Below, piece after piece: positions 19,001-28,660 of a stretch of DNA of 64,000 nucleotides (the first letter of the stretch is position 1; each line of letters begins with the position of its first letter). Position numbers and translations under genes: made by a program. The stretch covers positions 29,794 through 93,793 of the forward strand of contig RFNS01000177.1 in assembly GCA_009927055.1 (NCBI GenBank), read 5' to 3'. Below the pieces are notes generated by a model. That model was not told where the DNA came from. It worked only from the letters and a program-made list of their open reading frames with translations, and did no database searches. The stretch comes from Alphaproteobacteria bacterium (GTDB lineage: Bacteria > Pseudomonadota > Alphaproteobacteria > UBA9219 > RFNS01).

Positions 19001-19306
19001 CGCCCGCATTGTTTCTTCCGATGCATCGGTTGCGGCGTGTGGTTCTGGCTGTCTCTGTGGTGCTGGCCCTTCATCGCGCAATTTTCCGGCACCTTCGACA
19101 ACACTCAGGGCTTCGTCAAACGCGCGGCTGAATTTTTTGTCCATTCTTCTCGCATTCTTTCATTAATCAAAGGTGATATGATTGGATTTTTATGACATAA
19201 AAAATGCTCCATACATGTGTGTGCGCCTTCTCATAACACCCTATCACAACTGGGTTAGTTTTTTGTTGCGTGGTTGCATTTTTTTGGCCCACAGCCACAA
19301 TGCCGT

Positions 19307-20299
19307 ATGCACCATTTCTATCCTCTCCTGCGTCACTTGCTGTTTATGCTGGATGCCGAGACAGCCCACAACACAACCATCGCAGCTCTCCGCAGCCCAT
19401 TTTTTCCTGCCATTCCTTTATCTCCTCACCCACGCTGGGCCACCCCACTGTGGGGGCACGCGTTGCCCCACCCTATTGGTCTGGCGGCAGGCTTTGATAA
19501 AGATGCCGAAGCGGTGGCGGGCCTTTTCAAACTTGGGTTCAGTTTTGTAGAGGTTGGCACCGTCACGCCGCAACCACAGGCGGGCAATTCGCGTCCGCGC
19601 GTTTTTCGCCTGCCGCAGCAACAGGCCGTGATCAACCGCTATGGCTTTAACAGTAAGGGATTAGATTATGTTGTGGCCAACCTGCGTCGCTATCGCCATC
19701 ACCATGGCCGCCAGGGCGTGCTGGGCGCGAATGTTGGCAAAAATAAAAACAGCGAAGGCGTGGCTGATTTTGTGACAGGGGCCAACGCCGTGGCCCCTTA
19801 TGTTGATTATATCACGCTGAATATTTCATCGCCCAACACGCCGGGCCTGCGCGATTTGCAGCACGATAACGCGCTGACCGAATTGCTGGATCGCGTTCAA
19901 ACCCATCTTTCGGCCTTAACCAGTGGGCCCAAATTGGTGCTGAAGGTGGCGCCCGATCTTGATGACGAACACATCCACCACATCGCCGCGCAGGTCATCA
20001 AATTCAAGCTTGATGGGTTGATTGCGGGCAACACAACGCTGCGGCGCGATGCTGTGCCTGATGTGTGGCAGCACGAAGCGGGCGGACTTTCTGGCGCGCC
20101 ACTTTTTGACCATGCCACCACAACGCTTCAAAAATTTTCATATCATCTGAAGGGAAAAACAACCCTGATAGGGTGCGGGGGCATTGGCACACCCCAGCAG
20201 CTTCAACAAAAACTTGCAGCGGGGGCCGATGTTGTGCAGATATACACAGGCCTTATTTATCAAGGCCCCGCGCTTCTTCACACACTCCTCTCATCATGA
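19307..20299 (+). CDS. pyrD: Dihydroorotate dehydrogenase (quinone), class 2
   Basis: GLAAGFDKDAEA..., FVEVGTVTPQPQAGN, NRYGFNS(K)G, GCGGI motifs. Confidence 0.85.
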   Translation: MHHFYPLLRHLLFMLDAETAHNTTIAALRSPFFPAIPLSPHPRWATPLWGHALPHPIGLAAGFDKDAEAVAGLFKLGFSFVEVGTVTPQPQAGNSRPRVFRLPQQQAVINRYGFNSKGLDYVVANLRRYRHHHGRQGVLGANVGKNKNSEGVADFVTGANAVAPYVDYITLNISSPNTPGLRDLQHDNALTELLDRVQTHLSALTSGPKLVLKVAPDLDDEHIHHIAAQVIKFKLDGLIAGNTTLRRDAVPDVWQHEAGGLSGAPLFDHATTTLQKFSYHLKGKTTLIGCGGIGTPQQLQQKLAAGADVVQIYTGLIYQGPALLHTLLSS

Positions 20300-21147
20300 A
20301 AATTTTATCATCCCTCGCCGATGTTGCCCACAATTATTCAGGCTTTCTGATCGATCTGTGGGGGGTCATGCACGGCGGGGCGCATGCTTTTCCGCATGCA
20401 CTGGCGGCGCTTCAACACTTACGCGCGCACAATAAAAAAATTGTTCTGCTCTCTAACGCGCCGCGCCGCGCCGCCATTGTGGCCCACAGCCTGACCCCCA
20501 AGGGCATCTCGACTGATTTGTATGATGCGGTCCTCACTTCGGGCGAGGTGACGTATCAGGCGCTTGTCAACCGCGAGGATGCGTGGATGAAAAAAATTGG
20601 CAACGCCTGTTATTTTCTTGGCGAAGAATATCATTTTGGCAGCTATCACGATTTATCGCTCACGTTTGTCGATGATATCCAAACGGCCACCTTTGTGCTG
20701 GTCACGGGCAGTTATGATCAAAACCCAGGCCTGAATGTTTTTATACCGCTGTTAAAAGAAATGGCCGCGCGGCCACTGCCCATGATTTGCGCCAACCCCG
20801 ATAAAGTCGTGATCCATCATGGTGAGGAATTGATGTGCCCTGGCACCATCGCCGATGCTTATGAAAAAATGGGGGGCGATGTGAAATATTTTGGCAAGCC
20901 AGACCCTGCCATTTTTTCGCACGCCATGACATTAATTGGAACAGCGCCCCACAACACGCTGATGATTGGCGATGGGCTGGCCACCGATATTGCGGGGGCA
21001 ATGGCCAGTGGCATGCACAGCGTGTGGATCAGCCACACAGGTATTTTCGCCAATCAGGTGCCCGATGTGATTTCAACTGCCACTGATGTGGCGCACATTC
21101 TTGGCAACGCGCAGCCCACTTACGTGCTGCAAAGGTTGTGCGTGTAA
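20296..21147 (+). CDS. HAD superfamily hydrolase, subfamily IIA
   Basis: GFLIDLWGV (DxxG motif I), ...SNA... motif II, GKP and GDxxxTD motifs; overlaps pyrD stop (ATGA). Confidence 0.65.
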   Translation: MKILSSLADVAHNYSGFLIDLWGVMHGGAHAFPHALAALQHLRAHNKKIVLLSNAPRRAAIVAHSLTPKGISTDLYDAVLTSGEVTYQALVNREDAWMKKIGNACYFLGEEYHFGSYHDLSLTFVDDIQTATFVLVTGSYDQNPGLNVFIPLLKEMAARPLPMICANPDKVVIHHGEELMCPGTIADAYEKMGGDVKYFGKPDPAIFSHAMTLIGTAPHNTLMIGDGLATDIAGAMASGMHSVWISHTGIFANQVPDVISTATDVAHILGNAQPTYVLQRLCV

Positions 21148-21202
21148 AAAATCATACGGGCGGTGTTAGAATGACGCAGGCCTGACACGGTTTCGCAACA
21201 CA

Positions 21203-23785
21203 TCACCCCACATCAACGTGCAGATTTTTATCACCGCCCACCGTCACGTTCAGCATCGCACCATCGCGCACACGCCCTGATAATAGCAGCTCGGCCAGCG
21301 GGTTTTGCAGCGTGCGTTGAATAACGCGCTTTAAGGGCCGTGCGCCATACACAGGGTCATAGCCCGCCTCGGCCAACCATGATAAAGCCTCGGCCGATAT
21401 GTTCAGCCGCAGTTTTTTATCATCCAAAAGTTTTTGCAAACGCCGTAGTTGAATATCGACAATCGTCGCCATATGGGTGCGCGACAGGCGACGGAACATG
21501 AGAATTTCATCCAGCCTGTTCAAAAATTCAGGCCTGAAATGCCGGCGCACAATCTCCATCACGTCATCGCGCACGCGGGGTGTCAGCTCGCCGCTGGCAT
21601 CGGCCGCCATCGCTTCTGAACCAAGGTTGCTGGTCAGCACCACAATCGTATTGCGAAAATCGACCACGTGCCCCTGGCCATCGGTCAGTCGTCCATCATC
21701 CAGCACCTGCAGCAGCACATTAAAAACATCGGCGTGCGCTTTCTCCACCTCATCGAACAGCACAACCTGATACGGCCTGCGGCGCACGGCTTCTGTCAGC
21801 GTGCCGCCTTCTTCATACCCCACATAGCCAGGTGGCGCGCCAAGCAATCGGGCCACAGCGTGCTTTTCCATATATTCTGACATATCGATCCGCAACAGCG
21901 CCGCATCGCTATCGAACAAAAATTCGGCCAGCGCTTTGCACAATTCTGTTTTGCCCACACCCGTGGGGCCCAGAAAAAGAAAGCTGCCAATGGGGCGCGA
22001 GGGGTCTTGCAGGCCCGCGCGCGCACGGCGCACGGCTTCGGCCACGGCTTTCACCGCGTCATCTTGCCCCACTACCCGCTTCCGCAACTGATCTTCCATC
22101 CTCATCAGACGATCACGCTCACCCTGCAGCATTTTATCGACCGGAATGCCTGTCCAGCGGCTGACCACAGAGGCGATATCGCTTTCCTTCACTACTTCAT
22201 CGAGCAGTGGATTATCGGCCTGCGCCTCGGCCTGCTTCAGCTTTTTTTCAAGATCAGGGATAATGCCATACGTCAGCTCACCCGCCCTCGTAAAATCGCC
22301 CTTGCGCTGCGCCTGCTCCAGCGCGGCGCGCGCGGCATCAATCTGCTCCTTCAGCTTTTGCGCGCTGTGGATTTGATCCTTCTCGGCCTGCCAGCGCGCT
22401 GTCAGCGCTGCGGCCTGCTGCTGCAATTCGGCCAGCTCTTTTTCCAACTTCTGCAAACGATCTTGAGACGCCGCATCGCTTTCTTTTTGCAGCGCCGCCT
22501 GCTCAATTTTCAGCTGAATAATACGCCTGTCCAACTCATCAATCGCCTCAGGCTTGCTATCAACCGCCATGCGCAGGCGCGCCGCCGCTTCATCGACCAG
22601 ATCAATCGCTTTATCGGGCAGAAAACGATCGGTGATATAGCGGTTCGATAATGTGGCCGCGGCCACAATCGCGCCATCGGTAATGCGCACGCCGTGATGC
22701 AACTCATATTTTTCTTTGAGGCCGCGCAAGATGGAGATGGTATCCTCCACCGAGGGTTGCTGCACAAAAACAGGCTGAAAACGCCGCGCCAACGCCGCGT
22801 CTTTTTCAATATATTTTCTATATTCATCCAGCGTGGTGGCCCCAATGCAATGCAACTCTCCCCGCGCCAGCGCGGGTTTCAGCATGTTGCCGGCATCCAT
22901 GGCGCCATCGGCCTTGCCAGCGCCCACCAGCGTGTGCAACTCATCGATGAACAAAATCACCTCACCCGCCGCGCCCGAAATTTCTTGCAGCACGGCTTTT
23001 AACCGCTCCTCAAACTCGCCACGGAATTTTGCACCCGCAATCAGCGCGCCAAGATCCAGCGAAAGCAGGCGCCGATCTTTCAAACTTTCGGGCACATCGC
23101 CTTTGATAATGCGTTGCGCCAGCCCCTCGGCAATGGCTGTTTTGCCCACCCCTGGCTCGCCAATCAGCACCGGATTATTTTTTGTGCGCCGCGCCAGCAC
23201 CTGAATAGCGCGCCTGATTTCTTCATCGCGCCCAATCACGGGGTCAAGCTTGTTGGCGCGTGCGGCCTCGGTTAAATCGCGTGTATATTTTTTCAGCGCT
23301 TCATAGGCCTGCTCGGCTTGGGCCGTATCGGCAGTGCGGCCTTTGCGCATGCTGGCAATGGCGGCCTTTAATTGATCGGGCGTCACCCCCGCCCCTTTCA
23401 AAATATGTCCGGCCCCCGTGCTGGCCTCCAGCGCCATGCCCAGCAGCATATATTCGGCCGCCACATATCGGTCGCCCGATTTTTTGGCCTGATCTTCGGC
23501 AGCGGCCAGGGCGCGGGCCAAATCGGTGCCCAAGTAAATTTGATCAGCATGGCCTGTCCCCTGCACGCGCGGAATTTTGGCAAGGGCGGTATCGGTCTCT
23601 GCCTCGGCCGCTTGGGGGTCGGCCCCCGCTAGGCGCAGCAGGTTAGCCGCCATGCCTTCGTTATCGGCCAGCAGTTCTTTCAGCAAATGTTCGGTCTGGA
23701 TGCGCTGATGCTGTTCGCGCAACGCGCGCATCTGTGCCGATTGCATAAAACCTTTACTGCGGTCAGTAAAAAGATCGAGATTCAT
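21203..23785 (-). CDS. clpB: ATP-dependent chaperone ClpB
   Basis: 860 aa, two AAA+ modules ([20 protein letters not shown]), long coiled-coil middle domain. Confidence 0.9.
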   Translation of the reverse strand: MNLDLFTDRSKGFMQSAQMRALREQHQRIQTEHLLKELLADNEGMAANLLRLAGADPQAAEAETDTALAKIPRVQGTGHADQIYLGTDLARALAAAEDQAKKSGDRYVAAEYMLLGMALEASTGAGHILKGAGVTPDQLKAAIASMRKGRTADTAQAEQAYEALKKYTRDLTEAARANKLDPVIGRDEEIRRAIQVLARRTKNNPVLIGEPGVGKTAIAEGLAQRIIKGDVPESLKDRRLLSLDLGALIAGAKFRGEFEERLKAVLQEISGAAGEVILFIDELHTLVGAGKADGAMDAGNMLKPALARGELHCIGATTLDEYRKYIEKDAALARRFQPVFVQQPSVEDTISILRGLKEKYELHHGVRITDGAIVAAATLSNRYITDRFLPDKAIDLVDEAAARLRMAVDSKPEAIDELDRRIIQLKIEQAALQKESDAASQDRLQKLEKELAELQQQAAALTARWQAEKDQIHSAQKLKEQIDAARAALEQAQRKGDFTRAGELTYGIIPDLEKKLKQAEAQADNPLLDEVVKESDIASVVSRWTGIPVDKMLQGERDRLMRMEDQLRKRVVGQDDAVKAVAEAVRRARAGLQDPSRPIGSFLFLGPTGVGKTELCKALAEFLFDSDAALLRIDMSEYMEKHAVARLLGAPPGYVGYEEGGTLTEAVRRRPYQVVLFDEVEKAHADVFNVLLQVLDDGRLTDGQGHVVDFRNTIVVLTSNLGSEAMAADASGELTPRVRDDVMEIVRRHFRPEFLNRLDEILMFRRLSRTHMATIVDIQLRRLQKLLDDKKLRLNISAEALSWLAEAGYDPVYGARPLKRVIQRTLQNPLAELLLSGRVRDGAMLNVTVGGDKNLHVDVG

Positions 23786-23859
23786 GGTGCCTACCTTCCA
23801 CCCGAAAAGTTAGGACTTCTTTTATTTCCTGCAAGGCTTGAAAAAACAGCCCCAAATAC

Positions 23860-24441
23860 CTATTGCCCCACCAGCACTTCAGACCAGTGCTGCCGCACGT
23901 TCTTCTCAAACTGCTGATCAATATCAGAGATCAGGCCGTTCATCAGGTTATTCCAGGCGGCTTGGCGCTCGGCGGGGGTGGCGTCTTCTGGCAGCGTGGT
24001 TGAGCGTGCCGCCTCTGCACTCACAAAACCGCGCTGGGCCGTTTCCGGCTTCAGCAACTGCATCTCGGCCTTCACTGTGCCTTGCCATTGCTCGCGCTGC
24101 TGGCGGGTGAAGGTGCCCTGAAGATCTTGTCGCAGGGGCAGCGGCTGCCGCACAACCTCGGCCTGCTGAATAACCAGGGTGATTTGCCCATCGGCCCCCG
24201 CGGCCTGAAGGCGCTGCTGCTGCCAGTTGTTCAGCCGTGTTTTAAGATCAGGCATCATGGTGATGGCATGGGCCGACACGCCCACCGCATTATCGGCCGC
24301 AGCAACGTGCGCCACATTTAACCGTAAGGGCGAGAGTTGAGAGAGATCATAGACAGCAGGCACCGCCGCAGGTGTTGTGGCGCACGCCGACAACGCCAGC
24401 AAAAGCACAAAGCCCAGGCCCATCAGCCGCCCGCGCATCAT
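23860..24441 (-). CDS. Hypothetical lipoprotein
   Basis: Signal peptide with lipobox LLLALSAC; start overlaps nuoD stop. Confidence 0.5.
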   Translation of the reverse strand: MMRGRLMGLGFVLLLALSACATTPAAVPAVYDLSQLSPLRLNVAHVAAADNAVGVSAHAITMMPDLKTRLNNWQQQRLQAAGADGQITLVIQQAEVVRQPLPLRQDLQGTFTRQQREQWQGTVKAEMQLLKPETAQRGFVSAEAARSTTLPEDATPAERQAAWNNLMNGLISDIDQQFEKNVRQHWSEVLVGQ

Positions 24442-25652
24442 CGATCAATCTCGCCAAAAACAATATCCATGCTGCCGATGATGGCCACCGTATCGGCCAG
24501 CATGCTGCCTTTGCACATAAAATCGGATGCCTGCAGGTGGGCAAAGCCGGGACTGCGGATTTTGCAGCGATATGGTTTATTCGTGCCATCGCTGACCAAA
24601 TAAACGCCAAATTCACCCTTGGGGGCTTCTACGGCCGTATAGGTTTCGCCCGCCGGCACGTGATAACCTTCGGTATAAAGTTTGAAATGGTGGATCAGCG
24701 CTTCCATCGATTTTTTCATCTCGGCGCGGCTGGGCGGGGCGCTTTTCCGGTCATCACTTTTCACCGGCCCATCGATGCCGGGCAGGGCCGACAAGCATTG
24801 CTGCATGATTTTCAGGCTTTGGCGCATTTCTTCAACACGCACCAGATATCGCGCATAACAATCGCCCGTTTTGCCCACAGGCACGTCAAAGTCCATTGTG
24901 TCGTACACATCGTAGGGCTGGCTTTTCCGCAAATCCCACGCCACGCCGCTGGCCCGCAGCATAGGGCCACTGAATCCCCACGCAATCGCATCAGCCGCTT
25001 TCACAATGCCCACATCAATGGTGCGTTGGCGGAAGATGCGGTTATCGGTGAGTAATTCTTCCAGATCGGCCAAAAATTTTGGAAAGCGCGCGCACCACGC
25101 CACCATATCGTCCAGCAATCCTTTGGGCAGATCTTGGTGTACGCCGCCGGGCCTGAAATAATTGGCGTGCATGCGGGCGCCTGAGACGCGCTCGTAAAAC
25201 TCCATCAACTCCTCGCGCTGTTCAAACGCCCACAGCGAGGGGGTGACCGCGCCAACATCAATCGCAAAGGTGGTGACATTCAGCAGGTGATTAAGAATGC
25301 GCGTGACTTCTGAAAACAGCACCCGAATATATTGCGCGCGCAACGGCGGCGTAATTTTCAACAACTTTTCAACCGCCAGCGCAAAGGCATGCTCTTGACA
25401 CATGGGGCTGACATAATCGAGCCGGTCAAAATAAGGGATGGCCTGAAGATAGGTTTTGTGCTCGATCAGCTTTTCAGTGCCGCGATGCAGCAGGCCAATG
25501 TGCGGGTCGGCGCGTTCTACCACTTCGCCATCCATTTCTAAAATCAGGCGCAGCACGCCGTGCGCGGCAGGGTGCTGTGGCCCAAAGTTCATGGTGAAGT
25601 TGCGAATTTTTTTTGTGCTGTCGTCGGCGGGCTTTTCTTGGGGCAGAGTCAT
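24438..25652 (-). CDS. nuoD: NADH-quinone oxidoreductase subunit D
   Basis: [16 protein letters not shown]..., 404 aa, typical 49-kDa subunit. Confidence 0.9.
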   Translation of the reverse strand: MTLPQEKPADDSTKKIRNFTMNFGPQHPAAHGVLRLILEMDGEVVERADPHIGLLHRGTEKLIEHKTYLQAIPYFDRLDYVSPMCQEHAFALAVEKLLKITPPLRAQYIRVLFSEVTRILNHLLNVTTFAIDVGAVTPSLWAFEQREELMEFYERVSGARMHANYFRPGGVHQDLPKGLLDDMVAWCARFPKFLADLEELLTDNRIFRQRTIDVGIVKAADAIAWGFSGPMLRASGVAWDLRKSQPYDVYDTMDFDVPVGKTGDCYARYLVRVEEMRQSLKIMQQCLSALPGIDGPVKSDDRKSAPPSRAEMKKSMEALIHHFKLYTEGYHVPAGETYTAVEAPKGEFGVYLVSDGTNKPYRCKIRSPGFAHLQASDFMCKGSMLADTVAIIGSMDIVFGEIDR

Positions 25653-25729
25653 GCCATTTATTTACGCCAACTCTCTCTGAACCACAAATGGGTTGACGGT
25701 GTGGGGCTTTTTTATCACCTTAGGGGCGC

Positions 25730-26482
25730 ATGCCCACCCCACCCTTGGTTACCGTTGCTGTGCCCAGTTTTCAGCAAGGCCGTTTTCTGGCCGATGCGCT
25801 TGATTCTATCTTGTCGCAACATGTGTCGGTTGAAATTTTTCTGGCCGATGGCGGATCAACCGACCAGACGCCAGAGATCATCAAAAAATACGCCCCCCAT
25901 CTGGCAGGCTGGCGCAGTGAGCGTGATGGCGGCCAGGCCAATGCCATTAACTGGGCCATGGCCCAGGGCACGGCCCCATTTGTGTGCTGGCTGAACAGCG
26001 ATGATGCCTTTGCTGCCAATGGGTTATCAACATTGCTTGATGCATTACAGAAGAACAGTGATTGGGCCATGGCCTATGGCAAGGTGATGAATACCGATGC
26101 AACCCTGACCCCCACCAGCGCTGTGTGGGTTCAATCGTTCAGCCGCTCAAAAATGGCGCAGCGCTGCATCATCAGCCAACCCGGCACCCTGATGCGGCGC
26201 ACGGCATGGGAAGCCGTGGGCGGCGTGAACGGCGCCCTTCATATGGCGATGGACTATGACTTGTGGTGGAAACTGTCAACGCAGGGGCCTTTGGGCCACG
26301 TGCCACGTCTTGTGGCCTATAACCGGGTCCACCCAGAGACAAAAACAAATTCAAAGCGCGTGCAACATTATGTTGAAGCCATGAAGGTGGTGCGCCAGCA
26401 TTATGGGCATGTGCCCCTCAAATGGTGGCTTTACTGGCCTTATGCGGTATGGTTCAAATCACTCCTTAACCCCCAACGTTGA
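25730..26482 (+). CDS. Family 2 glycosyltransferase (GT-A fold)
   Basis: VTVAVPSFQQGRFL...DGGSTDQT...WLNSDD (DxD) pattern; paralog of 27439..28656. Confidence 0.7.
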   Translation: MPTPPLVTVAVPSFQQGRFLADALDSILSQHVSVEIFLADGGSTDQTPEIIKKYAPHLAGWRSERDGGQANAINWAMAQGTAPFVCWLNSDDAFAANGLSTLLDALQKNSDWAMAYGKVMNTDATLTPTSAVWVQSFSRSKMAQRCIISQPGTLMRRTAWEAVGGVNGALHMAMDYDLWWKLSTQGPLGHVPRLVAYNRVHPETKTNSKRVQHYVEAMKVVRQHYGHVPLKWWLYWPYAVWFKSLLNPQR

Positions 26483-26490
26483 GACACTGC

Positions 26491-27432
26491 ATGGGCGCTG
26501 TCACCTTTTCAATCGATGAAAGACTGCTGGAAATACTTCAAAACAACGGCCGCCTAGATGCGTTTGTGGAAACCGGCACCTTCAAAGGTGATAGCGCGCT
26601 TCTTGCCTCAAAGTATGCCAAAAACGTTTACTCAGTCGAATGGTCAGAAAAGCTCTATGCAGAGGCCTCTGACAAATTGCGTGGTGTGGCGAATATCGCA
26701 TTAACCCAAGGCACATCACCCAACTTCCTGATGACATTAAAAAGCAGGCTTGCTGAACGTCAGATTGTGTATTTTTTAGATGCACATTGGTGCGTTCATG
26801 CCAACACCGCTGGGGAAGAATCGCAATGCCCGCTCTTGGAAGAGTTGAAAAGCATCGGCAGCTTAAAAAGTCGTGATATTGTCATCATCGATGATGCAAG
26901 GCTTTTTTTATGCTCCCCCCCTGCTCCTCATCATGTCACCGATTGGCCAAAACTGCACGACATCATTACAGCCCTTCAGCGCCTGAGCGCCTCTCATCGT
27001 CTCGCCGTCTGCAATGATATGATTTTATTTTATCCGGAGGATATGGAAACGCTCCTGTCAACCTATGCCATCAACCACGGCATTGACTGGCTTCACATCA
27101 TGCACCAAAACCGCGCCATTCAAAATGAGCACATCACCAAAGAGCACTTTTTTGCCGAGCAACGGCGATTGATTCAACTTGCACACGAAAAAGATGCCCT
27201 GATCCACCGGTATGAGGCGATATTCCAATCTTCTGCCAGCCTCAGCGATATTCACCCCGGCTTTATCTCAGAAATCCGCCGGCTTAACCATGAAGTTGCT
27301 TACTATCAGTCGCTCAGCAACGCCTACAAAGTTTATAGCGGCGGCGCCTTCAGTCAGTTGAAGGTGCAAGTGACAGCCGCGCTTGCCCGGTTAGGTCAAC
27401 GCTTGTCTCACCTGATCAGACGCACGTCTTGA
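26491..27432 (+). CDS. Class I SAM-dependent O-methyltransferase-like protein (family-3 OMT-like N-terminal domain) with C-terminal coiled-coil extension; start uncertain (TTG 26479 in track)
   Basis: FVETGTFKGDSALLAS (SAM motif I-like), ...VYFLDAHW..., ...DIVIIDDARLF... resemble the O-methyltransferase family-3 pattern. Confidence 0.45.
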   Translation: MGAVTFSIDERLLEILQNNGRLDAFVETGTFKGDSALLASKYAKNVYSVEWSEKLYAEASDKLRGVANIALTQGTSPNFLMTLKSRLAERQIVYFLDAHWCVHANTAGEESQCPLLEELKSIGSLKSRDIVIIDDARLFLCSPPAPHHVTDWPKLHDIITALQRLSASHRLAVCNDMILFYPEDMETLLSTYAINHGIDWLHIMHQNRAIQNEHITKEHFFAEQRRLIQLAHEKDALIHRYEAIFQSSASLSDIHPGFISEIRRLNHEVAYYQSLSNAYKVYSGGAFSQLKVQVTAALARLGQRLSHLIRRTS

Positions 27433-27438
27433 AAAGTC

Positions 27439-28656
27439 GTGACTGGACAAGTGACTGTTAAGCAGCCTATATCCTTTTCAGGAAAAAAACTTAAGCAAAA
27501 CACCCATCTTGGTGCAAAAAATATGACCAAACCTCAACTCCTTTCATCATCCGAACACACGACATCTCCAATCCAGGAGGATGAGGTTTTGAGCACAAAT
27601 GTTTTGTCGCGACTCCAAGAAGTGACAAAACATCTTGAAAAAATTGATACCCAATTGACCAAAAATAACAAGCACCTTGAGAATATAGAAGGTTTGATAT
27701 GCTCGAAAATGAATTCGTCGGCTGCCAACAAAACTTCTTCACTTGTAAAGCGCCTTTTCTGGCCGCGCTTGGGCAACTTGAACCAATCGCCGCCTTGCCA
27801 ACTTCTGCTTGATGACAGCTATTTCAAAACTTCGCCCCCCCCGAAGGCGCCAAAAATTTCTCTTGTCACGCCATCGTTTCGGCAAGGCGCCTTTATCGAA
27901 CGAACAATCCTCAGCATCCTTCATCAGGATTATCCCAATCTTGAATATATTGTTCAGGATGGTGGATCGACCGATGATACCGTTGCGCATCTAAAAAAAT
28001 ATGAACATCGCCTGACATCGTGGGTGAGCGAAAAAGATGGCGGACAAACCAACGCCATTAATCGCGGCTTTGCCAAAACGGACGGCGAGATTATGGGCTG
28101 GCTCAACTCCGATGATCTGCTGCTGCCAGGCAGCCTGAACACGGTTGCCAACTTTTTTGCCCAAAACCCGCATGTGGACGTGGTCTATGGCCACCGCATC
28201 CTGATTAATGAGCATGACCATCAGATTGGGCGCTGGATCATGCCCAACCACAATCACGATGTTTTATCGTGGGCCGATTTTATTCCACAAGAAACCATGT
28301 TCTGGCGGCGCAGCCTGTGGGAAAAAGTGGGCGCCAGCCTGGATGAAAACTTTAAGTTCGCCATGGATTGGGATTTGATCCTGCGTTTTCGGAAAGCGGG
28401 CGCAAAGTTTGTGCGAATCCCCCGTTTTCTTGGCGCCTTTCGCATCCATTCTGCCCAAAAAACCTCGGCTGTTATTTCTGATATCGGCTTTAAGGAAATG
28501 GATATTCTACGCAAACGGGAAATTGGCTACGTTCCAGGTTATCCGGAAATACGCAAAAATCTGCTGATCTATATCTTGGAACATATTGCGCTGGATTACT
28601 CTTACCGCCTGTCGAGAAATTTCAAACCGCGCAAACCTTTTATGGTGATGGCCTAG
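27439..28656 (+). CDS. Family 2 glycosyltransferase with about 140-aa low-complexity/coiled-coil N-terminal extension (GTG start in track; alternative ATG about 27523)
   Basis: C-terminal 260 aa parallel 25730..26482 (VTPSFRQGAFIERTILSILHQ...DGGSTDDT...WLNSDD); N-terminal region low-GC. Confidence 0.65.
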   Translation: MTGQVTVKQPISFSGKKLKQNTHLGAKNMTKPQLLSSSEHTTSPIQEDEVLSTNVLSRLQEVTKHLEKIDTQLTKNNKHLENIEGLICSKMNSSAANKTSSLVKRLFWPRLGNLNQSPPCQLLLDDSYFKTSPPPKAPKISLVTPSFRQGAFIERTILSILHQDYPNLEYIVQDGGSTDDTVAHLKKYEHRLTSWVSEKDGGQTNAINRGFAKTDGEIMGWLNSDDLLLPGSLNTVANFFAQNPHVDVVYGHRILINEHDHQIGRWIMPNHNHDVLSWADFIPQETMFWRRSLWEKVGASLDENFKFAMDWDLILRFRKAGAKFVRIPRFLGAFRIHSAQKTSAVISDIGFKEMDILRKREIGYVPGYPEIRKNLLIYILEHIALDYSYRLSRNFKPRKPFMVMA

Positions 28657-28660
28657 ATTC

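Noticed and set aside
22007-22651. 214-aa plus-strand ORF
   Set aside because: Antisense shadow of clpB (Leu/Arg/Gln-rich).
24372-25055. 227-aa plus-strand ORF
   Set aside because: Antisense shadow of nuoD.
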